Below, one piece after another: positions 1 to 10,082 of a DNA stretch of 61,453 nt. The position numbers were made by a program, and so were the translations under genes. The stretch lies in the NCBI GenBank assembly GCA_023142595.1, contig JAGLJF010000027.1:1-61453 (forward strand), in the 5' to 3' direction. A model generated the notes under the pieces. The model was not told the DNA's origin and did not search any database. It worked only from the letters and a program-made list of their open reading frames with translations. Position 1 is the stretch's first letter; every line of letters begins with the position of its first letter. The stretch comes from Minisyncoccota bacterium (GTDB lineage Bacteria; Patescibacteriota; Minisyncoccia; JAHIHE01; JAGLIN01).

Positions 1-56
1 TAGGGGAGGATGTGGTGGAGTAGGAGAATGCAGATTTTATTATTTAATAAAAAAAT

Positions 57-776
57 ATGATTCTTTCTATTATTATTCCTACAAAAAATGAGGAAGTTTA
101 TTTACCAAAACTTCTGGAAAGTATTAAAAAACAAACTTTTTCTGATTATGAAATTATTGTGGCAGACAATAAGTCGGAAGATAAGACTCCAGAAATTGCA
201 AAGAAGTATAATTGTGTGTTGACGCAAGGAGGAATGCCTGGGCCAGGGAGAAATTTGGGAGCGAAAATTGCCAAGGGAGAGATTTTATTGTTTCTTGATT
301 CTGACACTGAACTTGAAAATGAGTTTTTTTTGGAATTACTTATTGAAGAATTTCAAGACAAGAGATTAGATGGAGCTGTTCCAAGAGTATTGCTCGAAGG
401 TAAATTTCTTGATAGATTATATTATGATTTTTGGAATACTTTGGTAATGATTTTTCAGAGATTAAGTCCCTTTGCTGGAGGGTGGTGTATATTTTCCAGA
501 AAAGAAGTGCACGATAAAATAAATGGATTTGACGAAAGAATTGTTTTGGGCGAAGATTCTGATTATGCAAAAAGAATTAGCAAGATTGGAAAATTTAGAA
601 TGATAAAAGGTTCAAAAGTGAAAGTTTCTCCAAGACGATTTGAAAAAGAAGGGCATTTGAAAATCATTCTTCAAAGCATTGGAGTTGGTTTGTGGTGGGC
701 AATTAAGGGAAAAGATGACAAAGGAAATCGATTTGGGTATAATTTTGATATATATAAAGATAAGGAGAAGAAATAA
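57..776 (+). CDS. Glycosyltransferase family 2
   Basis: N-terminal SIIIPTKNEE, IIVADNKSED, GRNLGA, LFLDSD (DxD) and GFDE..GEDSD motifs typical of GT2. Confidence 0.9.
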   Translation: MILSIIIPTKNEEVYLPKLLESIKKQTFSDYEIIVADNKSEDKTPEIAKKYNCVLTQGGMPGPGRNLGAKIAKGEILLFLDSDTELENEFFLELLIEEFQDKRLDGAVPRVLLEGKFLDRLYYDFWNTLVMIFQRLSPFAGGWCIFSRKEVHDKINGFDERIVLGEDSDYAKRISKIGKFRMIKGSKVKVSPRRFEKEGHLKIILQSIGVGLWWAIKGKDDKGNRFGYNFDIYKDKEKK

Positions 777-1017
777 ACAGATAAACAGTGTAGATTTGAA
801 TGGTTATCAATTCTACGCTCTCTTGAGAGCGGTTTCGAGCAGAGTGGAATAAATTCGATTTATAATATTCATCAAATAATTTGTATTTTTTCAAAGCCGT
901 GCGTAAACCTCTGTCGAGACAGAGTGGAAGATTTTACTTTTCATTCTTTTTTAAAAAGAGATTTGACAACACTAAAAAGCAAAATTATATTTGATAATAA
1001 ATTTATAAGTAAAAAAT

Positions 1018-2034
1018 ATGAGAAATAGACATTTAGAAGGAATAACTCCGGTTGATGAGCTAGAATTGGATCAAAAGGAAATAAAAAATAATGGTGAACC
1101 TGAAAAAAGTAGGGCGGCGAAGGAGGCAAAGGAGGCAAAAGATATTGATGTAGAGAAAGAACCAGAAAGTGAAGAAGCGGAAGGTTCTAATGAGGATAAA
1201 GAAAGAAAAAGTGCTTTAAATGAAGCTCGAGAGAAATTTGCAGAAATGCCAGATAGTAGAAGTGAAATTACAAAAGAAGTTTCTTTTTCTGAAGAAAAAA
1301 TAACTCCTGCGCAATTTCGAGAAGAGATAAAAAAGAAAGCAGAAAAATTTGATGGATCGAAAACAGAAGCTGTTGTAAATTTTGTAAGAGATGGGGTTTG
1401 TGATTGGAAAATTTGCAAAGGTCTTCGTGAAGGTTTTGCCGAGATTGTGTCAGATGTTATTATCGAGGTATTGACGAAAGCGGGGATAGACAATGAAGAA
1501 TTGGCTAAAATTGAAAATATAATTGATACTGGAGGTGGGTATGGAAATAATTTGAAAGTTATTATTAGAAAAATAAAAGAAAAAAATAAAAGTGATAAAA
1601 AAATTAATGGAGTTTGTTTAGATAATAAAACGAGTCTTTCAGAGGAGGCTGAGAATGATGAAGAAATCGTAGGAAGTTATCAAGATGCTTGCGAGACATC
1701 ATTTGAAGATGGTTCATTTGATTTGGTTATGGCAACTCATTTATTGCAGGAAATAAAGGGAATTGAAAATAAGAAAAATATTTTACGAGAAATGAAAAGA
1801 ATTTCCAAAGGAATAATAGTTCTTATGGTCGAGGAAAAAAGAATTGGTGTTGATGGTATGAAAGATTGGACTAATCATATTGTTAACAATTTCAATACAA
1901 AGTTTGATGTTTTGAAAGAAGATGAATATAAAAAACTTTTTGAAGAATTGGGATTTACAATTGAAGCTGAAGTTAGATCTGAACCCAATAAGATAACTTA
2001 TTTATTGAAATTTGATAAAGAAAAAGTAGAATAG
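1018..2034 (+). CDS. Class I SAM-dependent methyltransferase with long charged low-complexity N-terminus
   Basis: IIDTGGGYG motif I, FEDGSFDLV motif, LREMKRIS; first ~100 aa are E/K-rich. Confidence 0.7.
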   Translation: MRNRHLEGITPVDELELDQKEIKNNGEPEKSRAAKEAKEAKDIDVEKEPESEEAEGSNEDKERKSALNEAREKFAEMPDSRSEITKEVSFSEEKITPAQFREEIKKKAEKFDGSKTEAVVNFVRDGVCDWKICKGLREGFAEIVSDVIIEVLTKAGIDNEELAKIENIIDTGGGYGNNLKVIIRKIKEKNKSDKKINGVCLDNKTSLSEEAENDEEIVGSYQDACETSFEDGSFDLVMATHLLQEIKGIENKKNILREMKRISKGIIVLMVEEKRIGVDGMKDWTNHIVNNFNTKFDVLKEDEYKKLFEELGFTIEAEVRSEPNKITYLLKFDKEKVE

Positions 2035-2053
2035 CAATTGATATCGATAAAGA

Positions 2054-2085
2054 AATCCAGCTAAACCGTGTTTGCTGGATTTTTT
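2054..2085 (+). terminator. Intrinsic terminator
   Basis: aatccagc...gctggatt stem followed by a T-run after the methyltransferase stop. Confidence 0.7.
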
Positions 2086-2179
2086 GTTCCTCTTTTTTTG
2101 CTCAAAACCTGAATTTATGGTATTTTTAGTAATAAAGAGTTTAAATTTTAGTTAAAATAAACAAATTAAATCTAAATAA

Positions 2180-4885
2180 ATGCAAACAAAAAATTGGCAT
2201 AATTTAAGTATTAAAGATGTTTTGGAAAAATTGAAATCGTCTCACGAGGGACTTGCTTCAGATAAAGCTGAGCGTCGATTGAAAAAATATGGAAAGAACG
2301 CTCTTCCAACAAAAAAGAAGTTTACTGCCTTGGTAATCTTTTTAAATCAGTTTAAGAGTCCTTTAGTTTATATTCTTCTAGTTGCTGCGTTAATCTCTTT
2401 TGTTTTAGGGGAAATGATTGATGCTGGTGTGATTCTTTTTGCGGTTTTTCTCAATACGATTGTGGGATTTATTCAAGAATCTAAGGCTGAAAATTCTTTG
2501 GCAAAACTGAAAGAGATGGTTCAGCATAAATCATATGTGATTAGAGATGGGATTGAAAAGGAAATAGATTCTGAAGACATTGTTATTGGAGATATTATCG
2601 TGCTTAGGGCTGGGGATCGAATTCCTGCTGATGGTAGAATCATAGAATCTCACGAATTTGATGTTGATGAATCAAGCTTAACAGGAGAATCTGTTCCAGT
2701 AAGCAAAGTTTCGAAAATTCAGGATAAACAAGGATTTGAGCAAAGCAAAGATAATATGGCTTACATGGGAACAGCAATTTCTAGAGGAAGGGGAGTTATA
2801 GTTGTGACTTCAACTGGAGTTGAGACAAAATTTGGTAAAATAGCGCAACTATTAAAAGAGACGGAAAATGAAGATACTCCTCTTCAAAAGCAATTAACAG
2901 TTTTTAGTAAATTGTTCGGAGTATTAACATTTTTAATAGTAGTTAGTATTTTAGCAATAGGATTATTTCGAGGTGTTCCTTTCGAGGAAATATTTATAAT
3001 TGCTGTGGCTGTGGCTGTGGCTGCAATTCCAGAGGGATTATTAGTGGCCGTGACAGTAGTTCTGGCAATTGGAATGCAAAGAATTCTTAAAAAAGGGTCA
3101 TTGGTTAGAAAACTTGTTGCAGCTGAAACCCTTGGAAGTACAACAGTAATTTGTACAGATAAAACAGGAACTCTTACTGAGGGAAAAATGCAAGTTGATC
3201 ACATTGTTACAATGAGTTCGGTTTTTTCACTTACAAACAATACAAAAGATAAGGTCATAGAGGAAGAAAAGCATAAATTAGCCCATATGGTCGCTATTAA
3301 AATCGGAATAATTTGTAATAATGCTATAGTTGAAAATCCTGAAGAAACTTTTGAAAAATGGAAAATTCATGGTGATTATACGGAAAAAGCTCTTTTATAT
3401 TCTGGTTTAAATATTGGTTTTGATACGCAAAAAATTAGAAGTGATTATAGAAGAATTGGTGAAATTCCATTCAATTCAGAGAGAAAATTCATGGCTACTT
3501 TAAATAAATCTGATTCTGATAACTATGAGATTTATGTTAAAGGTGCTCCAGAAGAGATAATTAACAGGTCTCGCTATGTTTTGATTGAAGGCAAGAAGAA
3601 GAAAATGACAGAAGAGAATTTGAAATTTTTGAAAAAAAATCAAGAAGATCTAAGTAAGAAAGGATTAAGGGTTCTTGGGGTTGCTTTTAAAAACGTTGAA
3701 GATGAAAATATTTCAGAAAAATTTATTGAAGAGAATGACGATGAACTAGTAAACGATCTAATTTTTGTAGGGTTGATTGCCATCAAGGATCCAATCAGAA
3801 TGGAAGCAAAAAAAACTATTGAGCTTGCAAGAGATGCTGGAGTTGGGATTGTGATGATAACTGGAGATAATCGTTTGACAGCTAAGACCATAGCCAACGA
3901 GCTTGGAATGAGAGTGGATGATAATAACATTTTAGATGGACATATATTAGATCAAATGAATACAAAAGATTTTAATAATATAGTTGGAAAAATCAAAGTT
4001 TATGCTCGTGTTTCTCCTCATCATAAATCAAGGATAATTGATGCCCTGCAAAATAAGGGAGAGGTTGTGGCAATGACAGGGGATGGAGTGAACGATGCGC
4101 CAGCTCTTAAATCAGCTGATATCGGAATTGCTCTTGGAAGTGGAACAGAAGTTGCCAAAGGAACTGCTGATATTATACTTCTAGATAATAATTTGAAAAC
4201 TATTATAACAGCCGTTGAACAAGGGCGAGTAATTTATGAAAACATTAGAAAAGTTATCGTTTATCTTATTTCTGATAGTTTTAGTGAAGTTATTGTGATT
4301 GTGGGAGCACTCATTCTCCTTCCTCTTGTAGATAATGAAGTTTTACTTCCTTTAACTGCTGTTCAAATTCTTTGGATCAATCTTGTTACGGACGGTCTTC
4401 CTAATTCAGCTCTAACATTAGAACCCAAAGAGGATAATATTATGAAAGAGCCTCCGCGTAAAACAAACGAGCCTTTGATGAATTCTGAAATTAAAACATT
4501 AATAGCCGCAATAAGCATTTCAAGCGGAGTTCTATCCTTGGCGGTATTTTGGTATGTTTTCAATGTAACCGGAGATTTTGCAAGAGCTAATACTATAACT
4601 TTTTCAATTTTAGCAATTGATTCTTTAATTTATGTTTTTTCTGTTAGGTCACTTCGACATTCAATTTTTCAAAAGAATATTTTTTCGAATAAGTATTTAA
4701 TCGGAACTGTTGTAGTTTCTTTTGCTTTTCAAATGTTTGCAATATATCATCCCTTCTTTCAGAATATATTAAAAACAGTTCCACTTAACACAGCGGATTG
4801 GTCGTTAATGATATTTGTCTTTGTTGTAGAACTTGTTATAATTGAAATTATTAAATATTTATATATAGTTAAAAATAAGAAATAA
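2180..4885 (+). CDS. Cation (Ca2+-type) transporting P-type ATPase
   Basis: TGES, PEGL, DKTGTLT, MITGD and GDGVND motifs; 901 aa with TM segments. Confidence 0.95.
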   Translation: MQTKNWHNLSIKDVLEKLKSSHEGLASDKAERRLKKYGKNALPTKKKFTALVIFLNQFKSPLVYILLVAALISFVLGEMIDAGVILFAVFLNTIVGFIQESKAENSLAKLKEMVQHKSYVIRDGIEKEIDSEDIVIGDIIVLRAGDRIPADGRIIESHEFDVDESSLTGESVPVSKVSKIQDKQGFEQSKDNMAYMGTAISRGRGVIVVTSTGVETKFGKIAQLLKETENEDTPLQKQLTVFSKLFGVLTFLIVVSILAIGLFRGVPFEEIFIIAVAVAVAAIPEGLLVAVTVVLAIGMQRILKKGSLVRKLVAAETLGSTTVICTDKTGTLTEGKMQVDHIVTMSSVFSLTNNTKDKVIEEEKHKLAHMVAIKIGIICNNAIVENPEETFEKWKIHGDYTEKALLYSGLNIGFDTQKIRSDYRRIGEIPFNSERKFMATLNKSDSDNYEIYVKGAPEEIINRSRYVLIEGKKKKMTEENLKFLKKNQEDLSKKGLRVLGVAFKNVEDENISEKFIEENDDELVNDLIFVGLIAIKDPIRMEAKKTIELARDAGVGIVMITGDNRLTAKTIANELGMRVDDNNILDGHILDQMNTKDFNNIVGKIKVYARVSPHHKSRIIDALQNKGEVVAMTGDGVNDAPALKSADIGIALGSGTEVAKGTADIILLDNNLKTIITAVEQGRVIYENIRKVIVYLISDSFSEVIVIVGALILLPLVDNEVLLPLTAVQILWINLVTDGLPNSALTLEPKEDNIMKEPPRKTNEPLMNSEIKTLIAAISISSGVLSLAVFWYVFNVTGDFARANTITFSILAIDSLIYVFSVRSLRHSIFQKNIFSNKYLIGTVVVSFAFQMFAIYHPFFQNILKTVPLNTADWSLMIFVFVVELVIIEIIKYLYIVKNKK

Positions 4886-4887
4886 AT

Positions 4888-5328
4888 ATGTTTAATAACG
4901 TGCCATTAAATTATAAATGTCCGATTTGTCTTGCAGTCAAGGGGATTGAGAATGAGGATACTTGGATAAAACAGGCAGATATTTTTTATCGAGATGATTT
5001 TGTTATGGGATTTATTAGTTCTAAATTTATAAAAGGAAATGAAGGTCATCCGCTAATTGTTCCAAATAAACATTTTGAAAATGTCTATGATTTACCAGAA
5101 GAAATCGGATCTCAAATATTTCATGTCGGGAAAAAAATAGCAATTGCTCTGAAGAAATTGCGAAACTGTGATGGAGTTAATTTAATGCAATTTAATGAAC
5201 CCGTAGGAGATCAACACGCATTTCATTATCATTTACACATTATTCCTCGATTTGAAGGTGATGATTTTCATGAAGAATTTTGGAAAGCCAAAAGGTCTAA
5301 CCCAAAAGAGCGTATTCTATATGCTTAA
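4888..5328 (+). CDS. HIT family protein (possibly C-terminally truncated)
   Basis: CPIC Zn motif, GHPLIVP, HYHLHIIPRF histidine triad. Confidence 0.9.
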   Translation: MFNNVPLNYKCPICLAVKGIENEDTWIKQADIFYRDDFVMGFISSKFIKGNEGHPLIVPNKHFENVYDLPEEIGSQIFHVGKKIAIALKKLRNCDGVNLMQFNEPVGDQHAFHYHLHIIPRFEGDDFHEEFWKAKRSNPKERILYA

Positions 5329-5364
5329 AATCTTAGTAATTATTTTAAACAAATATTATGAATC

Positions 5365-5838
5365 ATGAAAACAATAAAATGTAAAAATAATTATGGAAAT
5401 ATAGTTGAATTGCCTTTTGGTAAGTTTGAAAAACGTCTTTCTGTTTACGCAATTTTAAGACGAGATGATTGCGTGTTAATGTGTAAAAATAGAAGTAATG
5501 GAAAATTATGGCTACCTGGCGGTGGAATTGACAGCGGTGAAACAAATGAGCAGGTTTTGAGAAGAGAGTGTCTAGAAGAAACTGGTATATCTGACATAAG
5601 AATTAATAAACTGTTGGCAGAATATCAAAATTATTTTTATTACGAGCCAGAAGATTTAGCGATGGACGGTTATTTATATTTTTATGAATGTGAAACGGAT
5701 CAAGAACAGGTTAAACTAAATAACGAAATTGATGATGGCGAAGCAATTGATTTTCAGTGGTTGAAAATAAGTCAAATAGCAAAAGAAGATTTGTGCGATT
5801 TGAATGATGAAATATATAATTTGCTGAACTCTTTATAA
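5365..5838 (+). CDS. NUDIX hydrolase
   Basis: PGGGIDSGETNEQVLRRECLEETGI Nudix box. Confidence 0.9.
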   Translation: MKTIKCKNNYGNIVELPFGKFEKRLSVYAILRRDDCVLMCKNRSNGKLWLPGGGIDSGETNEQVLRRECLEETGISDIRINKLLAEYQNYFYYEPEDLAMDGYLYFYECETDQEQVKLNNEIDDGEAIDFQWLKISQIAKEDLCDLNDEIYNLLNSL

Positions 5839-5864
5839 ACCGAATTTAATTAATAAAAAATAAT

Positions 5865-7160
5865 ATGCTTTACAGAATTAAACAAAAATTGAGAAAAGTT
5901 GTTCCTTATAATTTTATTTTATTTACACATAAGTTGAGAGTTGTTTTAGCAGTTTTGATGTATAGTTCTCCGAAGAGAAAAATCAGAATTATTGGAGTTG
6001 CTGGAACAAAAGGGAAGACAACAACTACGAATATGATTGTCAGAGTTTTGGAAGAAGGTGGTTACAAGGTGGCGATGCTTTCCACGGCTAATTTTCAAAT
6101 TGGCGAGAAAAAATGGTTGAATGATAGAAAACTGACATCAACAACTTCTTTTTATCTTCAGAAATTTTTGAAAAAAGCTGTCAAAGAAAAATGTGATTAT
6201 GCGATTGTGGAAATTTCTTCGCATGGACTTGTTCAGTTCAGACATTGGGGCGTGAAATATAAAACAGTTGTGCTGACGAATATGATGAGCGATCATCTTG
6301 ATTATCACAAGACTTATAAAAACTACAAGAATTCTCACGATGCTTTGATGACTAAGGATTTAGAAAATATAATCATTAATTATGACGATGAAGATTTGAG
6401 AAGTTTTTTGAATTTCGAGGGTCCAAAAAAATATGTCTTTTCGCTGAAAGATTATAAGGAAATTGAAAATGCAAAATTAATCAAAGCAGAAGATATAATT
6501 TCAAAAAAAGGTGGATTAGAATTCGCAATCAAAACTGACAAAGGAAAAATGCCAGTTCAATTACCACTTATTGGCGAGTTTAATATCTATAATTCTTTGG
6601 CGGCAACCGCAGTAGGTTTGGCTGAAAACATTAAACCGCTTGCTATAAAAAAGGCTTTAGAGTCAATTAAAAACATTCCCGGAAGACTTGAAAAAATTCA
6701 AGAAGGGCAAGATTTCGAAATTATCGTTGATTACGCTCATTCTCCAGATTCGCTTAAAAAAGTTTATGAAGCTGTAAAACCTACTGTGCAAAAAAGAATG
6801 ATTGCAGTTTTGGGTGGAACAGGGGATCGAGACAAGACTTATAGAGCTAAAGGCGGAGAGCTGGCTGATAAATACGCTGATATTGTAATTATTACCAATG
6901 AAGATCCTTACAGTGAAGATTTAGAAGAAATTATAGATCAGGTTGTTGTGGGGGTTAAAAATAAAATTACAGAAAAAACCTTTTTTCGAATTTCAGATAG
7001 AAAAGAGGCGATTCAAAAAGCAATTAATATAGCCCAGAAAGATGACTTGGTTATTATCACAGGAAAAGGAGCGGAACAGTTTATGATTTGCGGAGAAGAA
7101 AAAATTCCATGGGATGATAGAGAAATTACTAGAGAAGCGTTAAGCAATAGGATAAAATAA
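5865..7160 (+). CDS. murE: UDP-N-acetylmuramoyl-tripeptide synthetase (MurE)
   Basis: GTKGKTTT P-loop, EISSHGL, DHLDYH, PGRLE, DYAHSPD and GDRD motifs. Confidence 0.9.
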   Translation: MLYRIKQKLRKVVPYNFILFTHKLRVVLAVLMYSSPKRKIRIIGVAGTKGKTTTTNMIVRVLEEGGYKVAMLSTANFQIGEKKWLNDRKLTSTTSFYLQKFLKKAVKEKCDYAIVEISSHGLVQFRHWGVKYKTVVLTNMMSDHLDYHKTYKNYKNSHDALMTKDLENIIINYDDEDLRSFLNFEGPKKYVFSLKDYKEIENAKLIKAEDIISKKGGLEFAIKTDKGKMPVQLPLIGEFNIYNSLAATAVGLAENIKPLAIKKALESIKNIPGRLEKIQEGQDFEIIVDYAHSPDSLKKVYEAVKPTVQKRMIAVLGGTGDRDKTYRAKGGELADKYADIVIITNEDPYSEDLEEIIDQVVVGVKNKITEKTFFRISDRKEAIQKAINIAQKDDLVIITGKGAEQFMICGEEKIPWDDREITREALSNRIK

Positions 7161-7170
7161 AACTTTGTCC

Positions 7171-7215
7171 AAACAAAAACACGGGTATTTTCCCGGTTTT
7201 GTTTTTTGTTTTTGT
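7171..7215. terminator. Bidirectional intrinsic terminator
   Basis: aaacaaaaacacggg-tatttt-cccggttttgttttttg hairpin with T-runs available on both strands. Confidence 0.65.
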
Positions 7216-7288
7216 ATTTTTTTATAATGCGTTTTTTATAATTAATTTCCTCTCCTAAAAATTATTATAATTTTAAAACGACTTGTTT

Positions 7289-7317
7289 ATTATATATTTT
7301 AATTGCTTGTGTGTCAA
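7289..7317 (-). promoter_or_regulatory. Perfect sigma70 consensus promoter on minus strand with no downstream CDS
   Basis: Minus strand reads TTGACA-17 nt-TATAAT. Confidence 0.65.
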
Positions 7318-7341
7318 TGTCTTAAGAAAAAGGACATCGTT

Positions 7342-7381
7342 TAAAATAAATACCACTGATCCTGTCAGTGGTATTTATTTT
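7342..7381. repeat. Long perfect inverted repeat (terminator or operator)
   Basis: aaaataaataccactga-tcctg-tcagtggtatttatttt, arms of ~17 bp. Confidence 0.7.
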
Positions 7382-7551
7382 AAATATAAATTACAAAGTA
7401 AAAGATAAAATATTTTGTGATGATGTAAGGAAAATTTTTGAGATTGGAAAGATGTTTGATAAAAAAATATTTTTTGAAATAAATTATAGTTTTGCTTTGT
7501 ATTATTAGTAGGGTAAGGAATGTTATTAATTAAATAATGTAAACAATTTTT

Positions 7552-8112
7552 ATGAAAAAGGTTATAATTATAGGATTTTTAGCCGTTTTTATTTTATTTG
7601 TATATGTATGGCAAAATAGTAATAAGCAAAATGAAGATAATAAAACAATAGAAAGTGGCAGGATTTTTAATTTTGAAAGACCAGAAGAAAGGGTAGATAT
7701 TTCAGGAATTGTAAAAACCATTATTGGTAATGAAGTTACGGTTCTAAAAATAGAAAAACGAGCTTTTGATGAAAATGAGAATATAGAAGAAGGAGATGGG
7801 AATATAGATAATCAAAAAGAACAAAGACCAGCTTCCAGAACAGGTGGAGGTATGGGTATGGGCATGGGCGGTGCTCAATTAAACACGGAAACAAGTGACG
7901 TAGACATTGCTGCTAGGTTAGAGATGCTAAAAGGTATGAGTACAGGAGAAGAAAAGATTATCATTCCAGTTGGAATAAAAATGCTCAAAAATGAAGATGG
8001 AAAAATGATTGAAGCTACCTTAGATGATATTACCAGAGATAAAATGCTTATGATTTGGACTGATGAGAATATTACAGAAAGAAATGTTGCAAATTTTGTA
8101 GTAATTAATTAA
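7552..8112 (+). CDS. Membrane-anchored hypothetical protein, first gene of ABC efflux cluster
   Basis: N-terminal TM/signal, Gly/Met-rich linker; directly upstream of adaptor/ABC genes. Confidence 0.7.
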   Translation: MKKVIIIGFLAVFILFVYVWQNSNKQNEDNKTIESGRIFNFERPEERVDISGIVKTIIGNEVTVLKIEKRAFDENENIEEGDGNIDNQKEQRPASRTGGGMGMGMGGAQLNTETSDVDIAARLEMLKGMSTGEEKIIIPVGIKMLKNEDGKMIEATLDDITRDKMLMIWTDENITERNVANFVVIN

Positions 8113-8160
8113 TAATAAGCAGGGAATTATTAATTTTCTAATTTTATAATTATAAATCAT

Positions 8161-10068
8161 ATGGACTCTATTCTAGAAGAAAGCAAAAAATCCAGAGGTA
8201 GTGTGAAATTTAAAATAACTAAAAAGAAAATAATAATATCAATTATTATTATTTTAGTTTCAACTTCTTCCTATTTTTATTTTAATAAAGAAAACACGAA
8301 AGAAAAAACTGTTGTTCAAAAAGAATGGACAGTAAAAAGTGATAATTTGAAAATATCCATTGAGTCAGATGGAAAAGTTATCGCAGAAGATGGAGTTGAG
8401 TTATCTTTTTCTGTCAGCGGTAATAATTTGGAAGTGGAAAAGGTATTTATTAAAGAAGGCGATAAAATCAAGAAAGGAGATAAGGTTGCTACTGTAAAAA
8501 CAGAAGTTTTAGAATTAAATGTCCGCTTGGCATATTCAAATTATTTAGCAGTCTTAGCAGATTATAATCAAATTGTAAACGGAGCAACAAGCGAAGCTAT
8601 TGCTAGTGCCAAAGACAGAATTACTTCAGCAGAAATATCTTTAAATCAAGCTGAAATTAGCCTAGAGAGCACTAAACAATCTGCCGAGAAAAGTATTCAA
8701 GATGCAGAAGATGATATTTATGACGCCAAAAATGACTTAAGGGATGCTAAAGAAAAATTAGATGAAAACCAAGATGAATTAAGTAGCGAAAATGTAAGTG
8801 ATGTTTATGAAAGTTTAGTGGATACAACAAAATCAATTAATATTAGTTTAGACAGTATATTAAAAGAATCAGATGAAATAGTAGGAATTGATGACAAGCA
8901 AATAAATAATGACTTTGAATATCTTTTAGGAGCAATGAATATGTCTTATTCAAATCAAGCAAAGAGTGGTTATTTGACATCAAAAAATGAACTTCAAAAA
9001 CTTGATTCTTTGGTATTATCATTAAATTTTAATAGTTCTTATGATGAGATTAATATAGCAGCAAATCAAGCAGTTCTTGCTTTGCAGGAATTTGAGATTC
9101 ATTTATATTATATGAATTTAATGTTAGAAGCAACAATTACTTCATCTGATTTTTCACAATCAGAACTTAATAATTTCATGTCAACAATTAGCACAAACAG
9201 AATAACCGTTAATACTAAGATGACACTTATAAATACAAAAATTGAAGCAGTAGATGATGCTAAAAATAATCTTGATGATTACGTTATTGACTATGAAGAT
9301 GCTCAAAGAGATCTTGATAATGCTGAGAGGGATTTTCTTAATGTTCAAGCTGATGCTTTGCGAAATATTGAAAATTCAAAAGCTGATATAGAAAGTAAAG
9401 AAATAAACACTGAACAAGCCAAACGAGATTATGATGATTTATTAGCTCCGTTAACTGAAACAGAAAAAGCTTCTGCAAATTCAAAATTAACCAGCGCTTC
9501 TGTTAACTTTGAAAAAGCTCAGAATGAATTAGGGAATGCAACTATTATCTCTCCGATTGATGGTGAAGTTGCAAGGCTTAATTATAAAACAGGAGATATT
9601 ATTATAGACAGTGGAAATGTTGACCCTGTAGCCGTTATTATAAATAATGACACTTTATTTATTGAAGTCGACATTGAAGAAGCTGATATCAACAAAATTA
9701 AAATTGGACAAACTGTTTACGCTACTTTTGAGGCTATGGACAGTTTGATACTTGATGGAGAAGTCAGTTTTATTTCACTTACCTCTAAAACAAATAATAA
9801 TGGGATTGTTACATACTTAGTTCGTATTGTGATAATGGATAAAGGTAATAATCAGATAAGAGAGGGTATGACTGTGTTTGTTGATTTTGTAACGGCTGAA
9901 GCTAAGAATATTTTGATTGTTCCAGTTAGCGCAGTTAGGAATATTAATGATATTCCTTCTGTATTAAACGCTGATAAGGAATGGGTACCAGTTACAACTG
10001 GATTTACAGACGGTAAAAACGTAGAAATTATAAAAGGATTGAATAGTGGTGATAAGATTGTATATTAA
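8161..10068 (+). CDS. Efflux periplasmic adaptor (MacA/HlyD-like) with long coiled coil
   Basis: N-terminal TM, V..V.IKEGDKIKKGD lipoyl half-motif, long coiled coil, ISPIDGEV, C-terminal GLNSGD. Confidence 0.85.
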   Translation: MDSILEESKKSRGSVKFKITKKKIIISIIIILVSTSSYFYFNKENTKEKTVVQKEWTVKSDNLKISIESDGKVIAEDGVELSFSVSGNNLEVEKVFIKEGDKIKKGDKVATVKTEVLELNVRLAYSNYLAVLADYNQIVNGATSEAIASAKDRITSAEISLNQAEISLESTKQSAEKSIQDAEDDIYDAKNDLRDAKEKLDENQDELSSENVSDVYESLVDTTKSINISLDSILKESDEIVGIDDKQINNDFEYLLGAMNMSYSNQAKSGYLTSKNELQKLDSLVLSLNFNSSYDEINIAANQAVLALQEFEIHLYYMNLMLEATITSSDFSQSELNNFMSTISTNRITVNTKMTLINTKIEAVDDAKNNLDDYVIDYEDAQRDLDNAERDFLNVQADALRNIENSKADIESKEINTEQAKRDYDDLLAPLTETEKASANSKLTSASVNFEKAQNELGNATIISPIDGEVARLNYKTGDIIIDSGNVDPVAVIINNDTLFIEVDIEEADINKIKIGQTVYATFEAMDSLILDGEVSFISLTSKTNNNGIVTYLVRIVIMDKGNNQIREGMTVFVDFVTAEAKNILIVPVSAVRNINDIPSVLNADKEWVPVTTGFTDGKNVEIIKGLNSGDKIVY

Positions 10069-10082
10069 ATTATAAAATTTAT

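Noticed and set aside
1..35. tggtggag purine-rich stretch as a minus-strand tRNA end
   Set aside because: No T-arm complement (GAACC/GAATC) follows at the expected distance
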